Source of the DNA: a bacterium
GTDB taxonomy: Bacteria > Patescibacteriota > Microgenomatia > Levybacterales > UBA12049
Length of the DNA stretch: 64,000 nucleotides
Reading direction: 5' to 3'
Assembly (NCBI GenBank): GCA_021813145.1
Contig: JAKALS010000004.1
Location: 72,594 to 136,593 of the forward strand
In this document: positions 20,873-30,695 of the stretch, piece after piece
Layout of the letters: every line of letters starts with the position of its first letter
Position numbering within the stretch: the stretch's first letter is position 1
Program-made: the position numbers and the translations under genes
The notes under the pieces: model-generated
Seen by the model: the letters and a program-made list of their open reading frames with translations, nothing else
Told to the model about the DNA's origin: nothing
Database searches by the model: none

Positions 20873-21016
20873 TTAAGCAGCTCCGATTTTGTACATTCCT
20901 GTACCGCAAACTGGGCATTTGCCCTTGAGAGCCGGTTTACCATTTTTCATGGTAACTTTCTGTGCGTTCGGATCTTCTCTCTTTGCTCTGCATTTAACAC
21001 AATACATTGATGCCAT
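20873..21016 (-). CDS. Zinc-ribbon microprotein (47 aa)
   Basis: 'MASMYCVKCRAKRE...GKCPVCGTGMYKIGAA' with two CxxC pairs; strong SD AAGGGGGGTG upstream. Confidence 0.6.
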   Translation of the reverse strand: MASMYCVKCRAKREDPNAQKVTMKNGKPALKGKCPVCGTGMYKIGAA

Positions 21017-21037
21017 ATAATTTTTCACCCCCCTTCA

Positions 21038-21340
21038 TCAATAAATTAGGCCGTCTATAGAAAATATATGAGCTTTCAAAATAAATAAAAGCAAAAACTG
21101 TAAAACGATAATCACCGCGCTAAGAATTGCAGTTTTTCTTAAGTCTTTTACAAGATATGGATAAGTGTTTGTAAAAATCTCCTGTCTTTTTATTGGTGCT
21201 TTAAAAGTGGTTTGTATAACCGGAGTTTCTTTTTTTTCTTCGTTACTTACCGAAAAAGTCACATGGTTCGTCGAGGCATTTAATTGTCGTCTAAGATCGG
21301 CTATTATTTTCTGTTGACGAGTTTTTTTCTTTTTAGCCAT
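21038..21340 (-). CDS. Hypothetical membrane-anchored protein with basic N-terminus
   Basis: 100 aa, 'MAKKKKTRQQKIIADLRRQ' then a C-terminal TM helix. Confidence 0.5.
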   Translation of the reverse strand: MAKKKKTRQQKIIADLRRQLNASTNHVTFSVSNEEKKETPVIQTTFKAPIKRQEIFTNTYPYLVKDLRKTAILSAVIIVLQFLLLFILKAHIFSIDGLIY

Positions 21341-21362
21341 GCTAGAAGCCTAGATTACACTA

Positions 21363-21391
21363 TTGACACGAGCCTGTCAAGAGGCTAAGAT
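21363..21391 (+). promoter_or_regulatory. Putative sigma70-type promoter with palindromic -35 operator (TTGACAcgagccTGTCAA) and TAAGAT -10
   Basis: TTGACA-N17-TAAGAT, about 13 nt before the ATG of the DUF4446 gene. Confidence 0.35.
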
Positions 21392-21403
21392 AATTAAATA
21401 TCT

Positions 21404-21871
21404 ATGGCTGTCGATTTAGTGCTGGTTGCCTTGGGAATTGTTTCTATTTGGCTTTTAGTACTAACGATTTTTTTTTGGAAAACCCTTTCGCACTACAACA
21501 AGCTAACAAAGGGAGTAAGTGAAAAAAGTTTAAAAACTGTACTGGAGAGGCTTTTAAAAGACGACGAATTAAACAGGAAAGAGATTGATTTTTTAAAGGA
21601 ATATTGTGCTAGAATTGAAAAGGAAGGCCTTTTACATATCCAGAAAGTAGGCCTTATAAGATTTAACCCTTTTAAGGATACGGGAGGAGACCAGAGTTTT
21701 ATCCTGTCTCTTACCGACGGTAATGATACGGGAGTCATAATTTCGGGATTATATTCCAGGTCGGGGACAAGGTGGTACGCAAAAAGAGTTCTCGACGGAA
21801 AGGGCGCAGAATACGAACTTACAGACGAAGAAAAGAAAGTTTTAAAAGAAGCGTCCGGTACAAATAAGTAA
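21404..21871 (+). CDS. DUF4446-family protein
   Basis: N-terminal TM helix then 'LIRFNPFKDTGGDQSFILSLTDGNDTGVIISGLYSRSGTRWYAKRV'. Confidence 0.65.
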   Translation: MAVDLVLVALGIVSIWLLVLTIFFWKTLSHYNKLTKGVSEKSLKTVLERLLKDDELNRKEIDFLKEYCARIEKEGLLHIQKVGLIRFNPFKDTGGDQSFILSLTDGNDTGVIISGLYSRSGTRWYAKRVLDGKGAEYELTDEEKKVLKEASGTNK

Positions 21872-21874
21872 TTT

Positions 21875-23047
21875 ATGAATAAACAAAAGTTATTTACGGT
21901 TCTTGCGGCGGTTTTAGTATATTTATTGTCTACAGGCGCTTCTTATTTCTTGTTCACAAGGGCCGTATCCTCTCAGGCTATAACATCACCTCTTCCTACC
22001 CCGGCTGTAGGCGCAAACGGGCAACTTGCATTCGACAACTCGCTCCCAAAAACAGAGGCTTGTCCTTTAAATGGGGTCTTATATTCTAAACAACAGGAGC
22101 AGTGGTGGCAAAAACACAGGCCTTTGGGGGTAATGATAGAGAATCAGGTGGAGGCAAGGCCGCAGTCAGGACTTTCGGGAGCAGACGTAGTCTATGAGGC
22201 TGTCGCGGAAGGCGGAATCACAAGGTTCTTGGCGGTTTTCTACTGTCAGGACGCGGGAGAAATAGGTCCCATAAGGTCGGCAAGAACATATTTTATTGAC
22301 TTTATATCCGAATATGGAAACAGCCCGTTATACGCCCACGTTGGAGGAGCAAACCAGCCGGGTCCGGCGGATGCTCTGGGGCAACTGGATACTTACGGAT
22401 GGACAGGATATAACGATATGAACCAGTTTTCCATAGGCTTTCCCACCTATTGGAGAGATTACAACAGGGCGGGTCATACCGTTGCGACTGAACATACGAT
22501 GTATTCTACCGTACAGAAACTTTGGGACTATGCAGCGACTAATAGGGGTTTGACGAATGTGGATAAAAACGGGGTATCCTGGGATACAACCTTTATTCCT
22601 TATAAATTCGTAGACGACGCTCCTCTTTCGACAAGGCCGGCTTCCCAGACGATACATCTGGAATTTTGGACCGGGGACCCGAATTACTATGTAGACTGGA
22701 ATTACAACCCCAAAACAAATCTTTACGCAAGAGTCAACGGCGGACAACCTTTCATAGACAGGGATACGAATAAACAGGTAATGGCTAAAGATATAGTTGT
22801 TCTTGAAATGGTCCAGACTCACGCAAATGACGGATACGAAGATAATGTCCACCTCTTATTCCAGGATAAGGGAACGGGTAGGGCGGTAGTATTTAAGGAC
22901 GGAAAAAGGATAAATGCCACATGGGAGAAAGACAGCAGGACCGGAAGAACAATAATAAGGGATACAAGCGGAAATCAGATTGCCTTTGACAGAGGACTTA
23001 TCTGGTTCGAAATACTACCCACGGATGGTGTCCTCACCGTTAAGTAA
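21875..23047 (+). CDS. DUF3048 (YerB-like) secreted lipoprotein-type protein
   Basis: Signal anchor plus 'RPLGVMIENQVEARPQSGLSGADVVYEAVAEGGITRFLAVFY'. Confidence 0.65.
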   Translation: MNKQKLFTVLAAVLVYLLSTGASYFLFTRAVSSQAITSPLPTPAVGANGQLAFDNSLPKTEACPLNGVLYSKQQEQWWQKHRPLGVMIENQVEARPQSGLSGADVVYEAVAEGGITRFLAVFYCQDAGEIGPIRSARTYFIDFISEYGNSPLYAHVGGANQPGPADALGQLDTYGWTGYNDMNQFSIGFPTYWRDYNRAGHTVATEHTMYSTVQKLWDYAATNRGLTNVDKNGVSWDTTFIPYKFVDDAPLSTRPASQTIHLEFWTGDPNYYVDWNYNPKTNLYARVNGGQPFIDRDTNKQVMAKDIVVLEMVQTHANDGYEDNVHLLFQDKGTGRAVVFKDGKRINATWEKDSRTGRTIIRDTSGNQIAFDRGLIWFEILPTDGVLTVK

Positions 23048-23087
23048 AAATAATACTTGAAAATTATTTTTACAATGTTGTATATTA

Positions 23088-23684
23088 GTGTTCAGAAAAG
23101 AACAAAATATGTTTTCAGATCTTATTACATCTAAATCGCGAATAAGAATTTTAAACGTTTTTTTAACGTCACCTTCCTCCATGTATCACGTAAGAGAGCT
23201 AGTCAGAAAAACGGGAGATGAAATTAACGCGGTAAGAAGAGAACTCGCTTATCTTGAAAAAAAAGGAATTTTAGTAAAAGAACCGAGGGCAAACAGAGTT
23301 TACTATTCGCTTAGCAGAAATTACCCGTTTTATTATGACCTTTTAAGGCTCGGTTCTAAAAGTTTTGGTTTGGGGGCAGAAATAATCAAAAACAGGGTAA
23401 AGCTTGGAAAAATAAAATACGCAATGTTTTCAGGTAAATTTGCCAGGAGAATAAAAGACAAACCCGATGAGGTAGATTTCTTGATAGTAGGGACAATTGT
23501 TCTTCCCGAACTTGCTCTTTTAATAAGGGAGGAAGAGAGAAAGCTTGAAACAGAGATAAACTATACCGTAATGACCGAAGAGGAGTTTGATTTCCGAAAG
23601 AAAAAAAGTGATCCTTTTATCTTATCGATACTATCAGGCTCCAGGGTAATGCTTATAGGTGACGAGGAGAGTATGCTTTCATGA
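23088..23684 (+). CDS. Winged-helix (ArsR-like) transcriptional regulator, hypothetical
   Basis: 'SRIRILNVFLTSPSSMYHVRELVRKTGDEINAVRRELAYLEKKGIL' HTH; C-terminal domain unassigned. Confidence 0.5.
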   Translation: MFRKEQNMFSDLITSKSRIRILNVFLTSPSSMYHVRELVRKTGDEINAVRRELAYLEKKGILVKEPRANRVYYSLSRNYPFYYDLLRLGSKSFGLGAEIIKNRVKLGKIKYAMFSGKFARRIKDKPDEVDFLIVGTIVLPELALLIREEERKLETEINYTVMTEEEFDFRKKKSDPFILSILSGSRVMLIGDEESMLS

Positions 23685-25036
23685 GAAAAAATCCCCGAAT
23701 TCTTTTCTGGTTTATAATAGCTCTGACTATTTTTGCAATAATAGTTGATTTACCTGCCATCAATAATTTATCCTTAGGTCCTTTTAAACAGAAAATAAAC
23801 TTCGATTTAAATAGCGTATTAAAAAGTGTGGGTATAAACGGTCAGATTGCATTTAGGCGGGGATTAGATATAGAAGGCGGGACAAGCATGACTTTTCAAG
23901 CCGATATGGCCGGAATTCCACAAGCACAAAGAGCAGCAGCGCTAAGCTCGGAAAAAGATACAATAGAAAGAAGAATAAATCTTTTTGGAGTATCGGAGCC
24001 GGTAGTTCAAACTTCTACTCTTTCGACCGGTCAATCGAGAATTATAGTAGAGCTCCCGGGAATTTCCGACCTTAACCAGGCAAGAAGCATCGTTGGCACA
24101 ACCGCTAAATTGTCTTTCTGGGAAGAGGGGGCTTCGGGAAGTGCTAAAATAGCTTCATCTTCCGCCTTGCCTTTAGGCATCACTTCGGTTCTTCAAAACC
24201 CTGTCAAGACAAACTTAAGCGGCAACGATATACAATCTACAAGTGTTACTTTTGACCAGAATACCGGAAAACCACAAGTCCAGCTTAACTTTACGTCTGA
24301 AGGCACACAAAAATTTGCGGACATAACAAAAAGAAATGTGGGGAAAGTTGTTGCCATTGTTCTTGATAATGTTGTCATAGAGGCCCCGACGGTTCAGCAG
24401 CCGATACTTACGGGGAATGCCGTAATAACAGGGGCTTTTACAACAGACCAGGCAAATCAATTGAGTACGGAGCTTAATGCGGGTGCTTTGCCGGTCTCGT
24501 TAACTCTTTTACAAAGTCAGGTTGTAGGCCCTACATTAGGTCTTACATCCCTTGAAAAAAGTCTTGTCGCCGGAATATTGGGTTTTATCATTATTATAGT
24601 TTTTATGACGATTTTATACGGCAGATTGGGCGCCATCGCAAGCGTGGCACTTACTCTATATACTTTATTTGTTTTAGGTATTTTTAAATTAAGTTCCCTG
24701 ACTCCCTACGGTGTCACCCTGACGCTTTCAGGAATCGCAGGATTTATCCTTTCGATAGGAATGGCTGTAGATGCTAATATTTTAATTTTTGAAAGGATGA
24801 AAGAAGAAAGGCGCCTCGGAAAACCGACTGAAGCCGCTATAGAAATTGGTTTTTCAAGAGCCTGGACGTCGATAAGAGATTCAAATGTTTCTACCCTTAT
24901 AACAAGCGCTGTGCTCTATGACTTAGGAACAGGGGAAGTAAAAGGTTTTGCCCTTGTACTCGCAATAGGAGTTTTGGTTTCTATGTTTTCGGCAATAGTA
25001 GTGACCAGAACATTTTTAAGAGTTGTATATAAGTAA
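23681..25036 (+). CDS. secD: Protein translocase subunit SecD
   Basis: 'GLDIEGGTSMTF', 'RINLFGVSEPVVQ' and six C-terminal TM helices. Confidence 0.9.
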   Translation: MRKNPRILFWFIIALTIFAIIVDLPAINNLSLGPFKQKINFDLNSVLKSVGINGQIAFRRGLDIEGGTSMTFQADMAGIPQAQRAAALSSEKDTIERRINLFGVSEPVVQTSTLSTGQSRIIVELPGISDLNQARSIVGTTAKLSFWEEGASGSAKIASSSALPLGITSVLQNPVKTNLSGNDIQSTSVTFDQNTGKPQVQLNFTSEGTQKFADITKRNVGKVVAIVLDNVVIEAPTVQQPILTGNAVITGAFTTDQANQLSTELNAGALPVSLTLLQSQVVGPTLGLTSLEKSLVAGILGFIIIIVFMTILYGRLGAIASVALTLYTLFVLGIFKLSSLTPYGVTLTLSGIAGFILSIGMAVDANILIFERMKEERRLGKPTEAAIEIGFSRAWTSIRDSNVSTLITSAVLYDLGTGEVKGFALVLAIGVLVSMFSAIVVTRTFLRVVYK

Positions 25037-25946
25037 TATGAATATAATCGGTAAAAAATATCTTTATTTTTTAATTTCTCTCATAGTAATCATACCCGGG
25101 GTTGTGTCGCTTATTCTTTTCGGGCTAAATCTGTCGATAGATTTTACGGGGGGCTCTCTTATTACTGTTTCTTTTCCTAAGTCAATAACGCAAAGCGATG
25201 TGAATTCAGTTTCTTCTATTCTCAAAAAGGAAGGATTGACGGTATCTAGTACCCAGGCTTCGGGTAATCTGCTTAACGTAAGAACCCAGACAATGGACCA
25301 GAAACAGGATGAAAGGTTTATCTCTGACCTTTCATCTCTCAAAGGCACAAAACAGGAAGAATTTCAGTCAATAGGCCCTACCATAGGAGCCGAGACTACT
25401 ACCAACGCTGCGACAGCTGTCGCACTGGCTTCACTTTTTATCGTTTTGTATATAACCTGGTCTTTCAGAAAAGTTCCCAAGCCCGCAAGCAGCCTAAGAT
25501 TCGGAATCTGCGCTGTTATAGCTCTTATTCATGATGTTTTAGTTGTTGTCGGGCTTTTTGCCATATTCGGACATTTTTTCGGGGTAGAAGTCGACAGTCT
25601 TTTTGTAACTGCACTTCTTACGATTATCGGCTTTTCGGTGCACGACACGATTGTGGTTTTTGATAGGATAAGGGAGAATTTAAGGAGAGTAAGCGGCCTT
25701 TCCTTCGAGCAGGTCGTAAACGAGTCTATACTTCAGACTTTAGACAGGTCTCTGAATACCTCTTTAACCGTCGTTCTTGTCCTTGTCGCGCTCCTTTTAT
25801 TCGGAGGCGAGAGCATAAAATGGTTTGTTGTGGCGCTTTTGATAGGCGTAATAAGCGGAACATATTCTTCTATATTTAATGCTTCTCCCCTTCTTGTTCT
25901 CTGGCAGGAACTGAGCGAGAAATTTGGAAAGAACAAGAATAAATGA
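25023..25946 (+). CDS. secF: Protein translocase subunit SecF
   Basis: '[17 protein letters not shown]', '[13 protein letters not shown]'. Confidence 0.9.
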   Translation: MYISNMNIIGKKYLYFLISLIVIIPGVVSLILFGLNLSIDFTGGSLITVSFPKSITQSDVNSVSSILKKEGLTVSSTQASGNLLNVRTQTMDQKQDERFISDLSSLKGTKQEEFQSIGPTIGAETTTNAATAVALASLFIVLYITWSFRKVPKPASSLRFGICAVIALIHDVLVVVGLFAIFGHFFGVEVDSLFVTALLTIIGFSVHDTIVVFDRIRENLRRVSGLSFEQVVNESILQTLDRSLNTSLTVVLVLVALLLFGGESIKWFVVALLIGVISGTYSSIFNASPLLVLWQELSEKFGKNKNK

Positions 25947-27133
25947 GAAAATTTTTTACCTCGGAATCGGTTACCGAAGGACATCCCGATAAAATTTGCG
26001 ACCAGATTGCAGATGCTGTTTTGGACGAGCTTTTGACAAAAGATCCCAAGTCAAGGGTAGCGATAGAAGCCCTTATTACAAACGGAGTAGTATTTATAGC
26101 AGGTGAGGTTACCTCTGACGCTTATGTAGAAATTCCGGAAATCGCAAGAAACGTAATAAAAGATATAGGTTATACAAATGCGGAGTACGGATTTCATTGG
26201 GAAACAAGCGGAGTTGCAACGGCTATTCACTCCCAGTCTTCCGATATAGCAAAAGGCGTGGACAGTTTTAAAGAAGGAAAAGGAGGGAAAATCTTAAAAG
26301 AAGACCTTGAAAATTTGGGAGCGGGAGACCAGGGGTTAATGTTTGGTTATGCCTGTAGCGAGACAAAGGAGCTCATGCCCTTACCAATAACTCTTGCCCA
26401 CAATCTGTGCAAAAAACTGACGCTGGTGCGTAAAAAGGGAATAATAAAAGGCTTAAGACCGGACGGTAAATCCCAAGTTACCGTAGAATACGAAAACGGG
26501 ATTCCCATAAGAGTCGACGGTGTTCTTATAGCAGCCCAGCATGACGAAAACATTAACCCGGAAAAGCTTAAAAAGGAAATTACGGAAAAAGTGATTAAGT
26601 CTGTAATACCCGCAAAATTAATAGACAAAAAAACAAAATTCTGGGTTAACACAACGGGAAGATTTGTAATCGGAGGACCCCAGGGAGACACCGGTCTTAC
26701 AGGAAGAAAAATCATAGTAGATACCTACGGAGGCTATGCAAAACACGGCGGGGGAGCGTTTTCGGGCAAAGACCCCACAAAAGTCGATAGGAGCGCCCAA
26801 TATATGGCAAGATATGTAGCAAAGAACATAGTGGCGGCAGGTCTTGCCGACAGATGTGAGGTACAGATTTCTTATGCCATAGGAAGGTCCGAGCCAATGT
26901 CGGTTTTGGTTGATACCTTTCAAACGGGAAAAATAGACGATGCGAGGTTAAGCGGAATAGTTACAGAAATTTTCGATTTAAGGCCCGGAATGATAATCAA
27001 GAATTTAAATTTAAGAAGGCCTATCTACAGACAAGTGTCGGCATACGGCCACTTCGGCAGACCCGAACTTGACTTGCCTTGGGAGAAAACTGATAAAATA
27101 AATGTATTGAGGAGGCTCTCAAAATATGAATAA
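25943..27133 (+). CDS. metK: S-adenosylmethionine synthetase
   Basis: '[24 protein letters not shown]', '[16 protein letters not shown]'. Confidence 0.92.
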   Translation: MRKFFTSESVTEGHPDKICDQIADAVLDELLTKDPKSRVAIEALITNGVVFIAGEVTSDAYVEIPEIARNVIKDIGYTNAEYGFHWETSGVATAIHSQSSDIAKGVDSFKEGKGGKILKEDLENLGAGDQGLMFGYACSETKELMPLPITLAHNLCKKLTLVRKKGIIKGLRPDGKSQVTVEYENGIPIRVDGVLIAAQHDENINPEKLKKEITEKVIKSVIPAKLIDKKTKFWVNTTGRFVIGGPQGDTGLTGRKIIVDTYGGYAKHGGGAFSGKDPTKVDRSAQYMARYVAKNIVAAGLADRCEVQISYAIGRSEPMSVLVDTFQTGKIDDARLSGIVTEIFDLRPGMIIKNLNLRRPIYRQVSAYGHFGRPELDLPWEKTDKINVLRRLSKYE

Positions 27134-27578
27134 GCAAAAATTACAGGAAGAATTAAAACAGTCTATGCTTGCAAAAGACGAACTTAAAACTTCTGTTTTA
27201 AGAATGCTTCTTTCAGCATTAAACTATTACGAAATTCAAAAAGGCGGGGCCGGTTATGAGGCAACAGAAGAAGATGTTTTAACAGTAATCCAAAAAGAAG
27301 TGAAACAAAGAAATGATTCCATAGAACAATTTAAAAATGCGGGAAGAAATGAGCTGGCGGAGAAAGAAGAAAAAGAGCTCGAAATTCTAAAGAAATATTT
27401 ACCCGAACAATTAAGCGAAGAAGATGTAAAATCTTTGGTAGACGAAGCCATAAAACAAACAGGCGCATCAACCATGCAGGATATGGGAAAAGTAATGGGT
27501 TATTTATCTGCGAAAATAAAAGGGAAAGCCGACGGGGGATTTGTAAGTAGATTGGTAAAAGAAAAACTTTCCTCTTAA
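27126..27578 (+). CDS. yqeY: GatB/YqeY domain protein
   Basis: 150-aa all-helical protein with the conserved '[13 protein letters not shown]...EVKQR' YqeY pattern. Confidence 0.8.
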   Translation: MNKQKLQEELKQSMLAKDELKTSVLRMLLSALNYYEIQKGGAGYEATEEDVLTVIQKEVKQRNDSIEQFKNAGRNELAEKEEKELEILKKYLPEQLSEEDVKSLVDEAIKQTGASTMQDMGKVMGYLSAKIKGKADGGFVSRLVKEKLSS

Positions 27579-28945
27579 CTTAAACCTTCGTATATTTCCC
27601 TTGCTCTTTGCAATAAATATTTCTTGGAGTTTTTGGATAAGTCTTCGTCCGTTTCTTCGAAAAGTTTTTCAAGTATTATTCCTACATTTGGCCCGGGTTT
27701 TATATTAAGCTCTTTCATGATATCGTTTCCGTCAATCGCAAGGTCGTTTATAGAAAAGGGCGCAGGTTTTAATTGCTCTTCAATTTTATCCTTGAATAAC
27801 TTAAGTCTCCAGCTTTCTGCCGTTTGGGTTCCTCCTCCCAGTCTGTCTCCAACTCTTAAATCCATCATATCTTTTACGTTTTCGACTCCGACTTTTCTTA
27901 TAAATCTTCTAACAGCCGCATCTGTCTGATTTTCGTTAACAGAAAACATATGCCAGCGTATAAGATTTACTATTTTGTCGCAGTCTTTTTTTGAAAATCT
28001 TAATCTTTTGCATATTTCTCCGGCCATTTTTGCTCCTACAACCTCATGGTTATGGAAAATTACAAGACCTTCTTTATCTTCTCCTTTTACCCTCGGTTTT
28101 CCTATATCATGTATCAAGGCCGAAAATCTTACGACAGGATCATTAGACGGGCAGAATTTTAAAGACAAAACATTATGGGTAAAAACATCTTCTTTATGGT
28201 GTCTCCCCGGTCTTGCTTGCGATACTCCCACTCCTTCCAAAAGTTCGGGTAATATATATACCAGAAGTCCGCTTTCTTTAAGCATCATAATACCCTCGTA
28301 TGGATTTTGGCTTTTTAATATTTTCAGAAGTTCGTCGTGGATTCTTTCGTTGGACACATTTTTTATAAGAGCCGAATCTTCTTTTATTTTATTCCAGGTA
28401 TTTTCTTCGATTTGAAAATCTAATTCGGTTGCAATTCTTACTGCTCTTATAAGCCTTAACGCATCTTCTTTAAACCGTATATTTGCATCTCCCACAGCCT
28501 TTATAACTTTATCTTTTATATCTTTTTGCCCGTTAAAAGGATCAATTAGTTCGAATGACAATGGCTCGGATGAAGCAAGATGAAGGGCTATGGCATTGAT
28601 GGTAAAATCTCTTCTTGAAAGATCCTCTTCTATTGTTTTTCCCCAGGAAACGCTTTCGGGGTGTCTTTTGTCTTTATACTCTCCTTCTGTCCTGTATGTT
28701 GTTATCTCTACGACTGCATTTTCTTTTAAGGGGATGCCCACCGTTCCGAAATTATTATCGTAAAAAGCACTAGGAAAAATTTTTAACAGTTCTTTTGGCG
28801 TTGCATTGGTAGTCAAATCCCAGTCTTTAACGCCCTTTTTAAGAAGGAGATTTCTTACGCATCCCCCTACAAAATAAATTTCAAATCCGGCTTTTTCTAC
28901 CTTTTTATAAACTTCGAGTATATTTGCGGGAATCATGTTTTGCAT
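27575..28945 (-). CDS. cca: CCA-adding tRNA nucleotidyltransferase with HD domain
   Basis: 'YFVGGCVRNLLL..DWDLTTNATP' Pol-beta head, 'RRDFTINAIA', HD motif 'HDIGK'. Confidence 0.9.
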   Translation of the reverse strand: MQNMIPANILEVYKKVEKAGFEIYFVGGCVRNLLLKKGVKDWDLTTNATPKELLKIFPSAFYDNNFGTVGIPLKENAVVEITTYRTEGEYKDKRHPESVSWGKTIEEDLSRRDFTINAIALHLASSEPLSFELIDPFNGQKDIKDKVIKAVGDANIRFKEDALRLIRAVRIATELDFQIEENTWNKIKEDSALIKNVSNERIHDELLKILKSQNPYEGIMMLKESGLLVYILPELLEGVGVSQARPGRHHKEDVFTHNVLSLKFCPSNDPVVRFSALIHDIGKPRVKGEDKEGLVIFHNHEVVGAKMAGEICKRLRFSKKDCDKIVNLIRWHMFSVNENQTDAAVRRFIRKVGVENVKDMMDLRVGDRLGGGTQTAESWRLKLFKDKIEEQLKPAPFSINDLAIDGNDIMKELNIKPGPNVGIILEKLFEETDEDLSKNSKKYLLQRAREIYEGLS

Positions 28946-28994
28946 AGCTTGCCGCGGTTCGTTAATCTTGCTATAGTATAGCAGAACTTTTTGT

Positions 28995-30695
28995 ATGAAA
29001 AAATGGGAGCTGATAAGTAAGTTTGGAATTCAGAATTCAAAATTGGGAATAGAAGATATAGTAAAAATACTTCTTGCAAATAGGAATATTAATACAAAAA
29101 GAGAAACAGAAGAATTTTTAAACCCCAAACTTTCGCAAGTAACACCAAAAAACGTAAAAATAAACAAACTCCATCTTGAAAAAGCGGTAAAAAGAATAAA
29201 GAAGGCTATAAAAAATAAAGAACAAATTATAGTATTCGGGGATTATGATGTGGACGGAATTTGCGGGAGCGCAATTCTTTGGGAGACCTTAAATTATTTG
29301 GGTGCAAAAGTGCTTCCGTATATACCAAACAGGATAGATGAAGGTTACGGACTTTCAAAAAAAGGAATTTCAAATCTCAAACTAAAAATACCTGATATAG
29401 AATTAATAATAACGGTAGATAACGGAATTGTCGCCAACGAAGCAGTTGAGTTTGCAAAAAAAGAGGGAATAGAGATAATTATTACCGATCATCATGTTCC
29501 TTCGAAAAATCTGCCGAAGGCATACGCAATTGTTCATACGACTCTTCTTTGCGGAACAGGAGTGGCATATCTTTTTGCGAAGGAAATTTCAAATTCCAAA
29601 TTTCAAATTCCAAATAAATCAATAATCAGTAATCAAAAATCTTTAATCGATAGTCATTTGGAATTGGTTGCTTTGGCAACGGTTGCCGATTTGGTTCCTT
29701 TAACGGGAGCAAGCAGGGTTCTTCTAAAGGATGGTCTTTTAAAATTGCACGAAACAAAAAGGCCCGGACTTTTGGCATTATTTCAGGAAGCGGGAATAGA
29801 CAAAAACTCGATAGGAGTCTATGAGATAGGGCACATAATTGCCCCGAGGCTTAACGCAATGGGAAGATTAGAGAGCGCAATGGATTCCCTGCGTTTGGTA
29901 TGTACGACAAATAAACAGAGGGCAAGGGAACTCGCTTTTAAGCTTTCAAGCACGAATAAAGAAAGACAAATTCTAACCGAGGAAACGGTTAACCATGCCA
30001 GATCTTTGGCAAAAGAAAAAGGAATAGAAGAGCTTTTATTTATTTCCAACGAAACATACGAACAGGGAGTAATAGGACTTGTAGCAGGGAGGTTGGTAGA
30101 AGAGTTTTACAGGCCTTCCATTGTCGTATCAAAAGGAGAAATTTTCAGCAAGGCTTCTGCCCGTTCGGTTTCGGGGTTTAATATCATTGATTTTATAAGA
30201 GAAGACTTGGGACTTTTGGTAGATGTAGGAGGACATCCTATGGCAGCAGGCTTTACGGTAGAAACGCAAAAATTGCTGCTTTTGGAAGAAAGCCTTAAAA
30301 AAAGAGCTAAAAAATTGCTGACTCCTGAAATTTTGGAAAGAACATTAAGAATAGATATGGAATTGCCGGAAGGTCTTATAACACAGAAGTTGTACGACTC
30401 ATTGAAAAAACTTGAGCCTTTTGGAATGAAAAATCCTGAACCCACCTTTTTAACGAAAGGACTTGTTATTGAGAATATAAGATTAGTGGGAAATGGAAAT
30501 AAACACCTAAAGATAGATTTCAAAACTCAAATTTCAAATTCCAAATTTCAAAGCATTTACTTTAAAGGAGGCGAAAATAATTCGCTTTCAATAGGGGAAA
30601 ATGTTGATGTGGTCTACGTAATTGATGAAAATGAATGGAACGGTAGAAAAAGTTTGCAGCTGAAAATAAAAGATATCAGGCCGACGGAAAACTAA
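28995..30695 (+). CDS. recJ: Single-stranded-DNA-specific exonuclease RecJ
   Basis: DHH motifs 'VFGDYDVDGICG', 'ITDHH', DHHA1 'GGHPMAAG'; two in-frame copies of an identical 24-nt repeat inside the ORF. Confidence 0.9.
   Translation: MKKWELISKFGIQNSKLGIEDIVKILLANRNINTKRETEEFLNPKLSQVTPKNVKINKLHLEKAVKRIKKAIKNKEQIIVFGDYDVDGICGSAILWETLNYLGAKVLPYIPNRIDEGYGLSKKGISNLKLKIPDIELIITVDNGIVANEAVEFAKKEGIEIIITDHHVPSKNLPKAYAIVHTTLLCGTGVAYLFAKEISNSKFQIPNKSIISNQKSLIDSHLELVALATVADLVPLTGASRVLLKDGLLKLHETKRPGLLALFQEAGIDKNSIGVYEIGHIIAPRLNAMGRLESAMDSLRLVCTTNKQRARELAFKLSSTNKERQILTEETVNHARSLAKEKGIEELLFISNETYEQGVIGLVAGRLVEEFYRPSIVVSKGEIFSKASARSVSGFNIIDFIREDLGLLVDVGGHPMAAGFTVETQKLLLLEESLKKRAKKLLTPEILERTLRIDMELPEGLITQKLYDSLKKLEPFGMKNPEPTFLTKGLVIENIRLVGNGNKHLKIDFKTQISNSKFQSIYFKGGENNSLSIGENVDVVYVIDENEWNGRKSLQLKIKDIRPTEN
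29584..29607 (+). repeat. 24-nt exact repeat copy 1 (aaatttcaaattccaaatttcaaa) inside recJ, encoding ISNSKFQ
   Basis: Identical to 30529-30552, same reading frame; region contains nested aattccaaatttcaa tandem units. Confidence 0.9.
30529..30552 (+). repeat. 24-nt exact repeat copy 2 inside recJ
   Basis: Identical to 29584-29607. Confidence 0.9.

Noticed and set aside
29584-30552. Possible CRISPR array suggested by the repeated aattccaaatttcaa units
   Set aside because: There are only two full copies, separated by about 920 nt of ordinary recJ coding sequence with no regular spacer periodicity. They lie in frame within a well-conserved gene.
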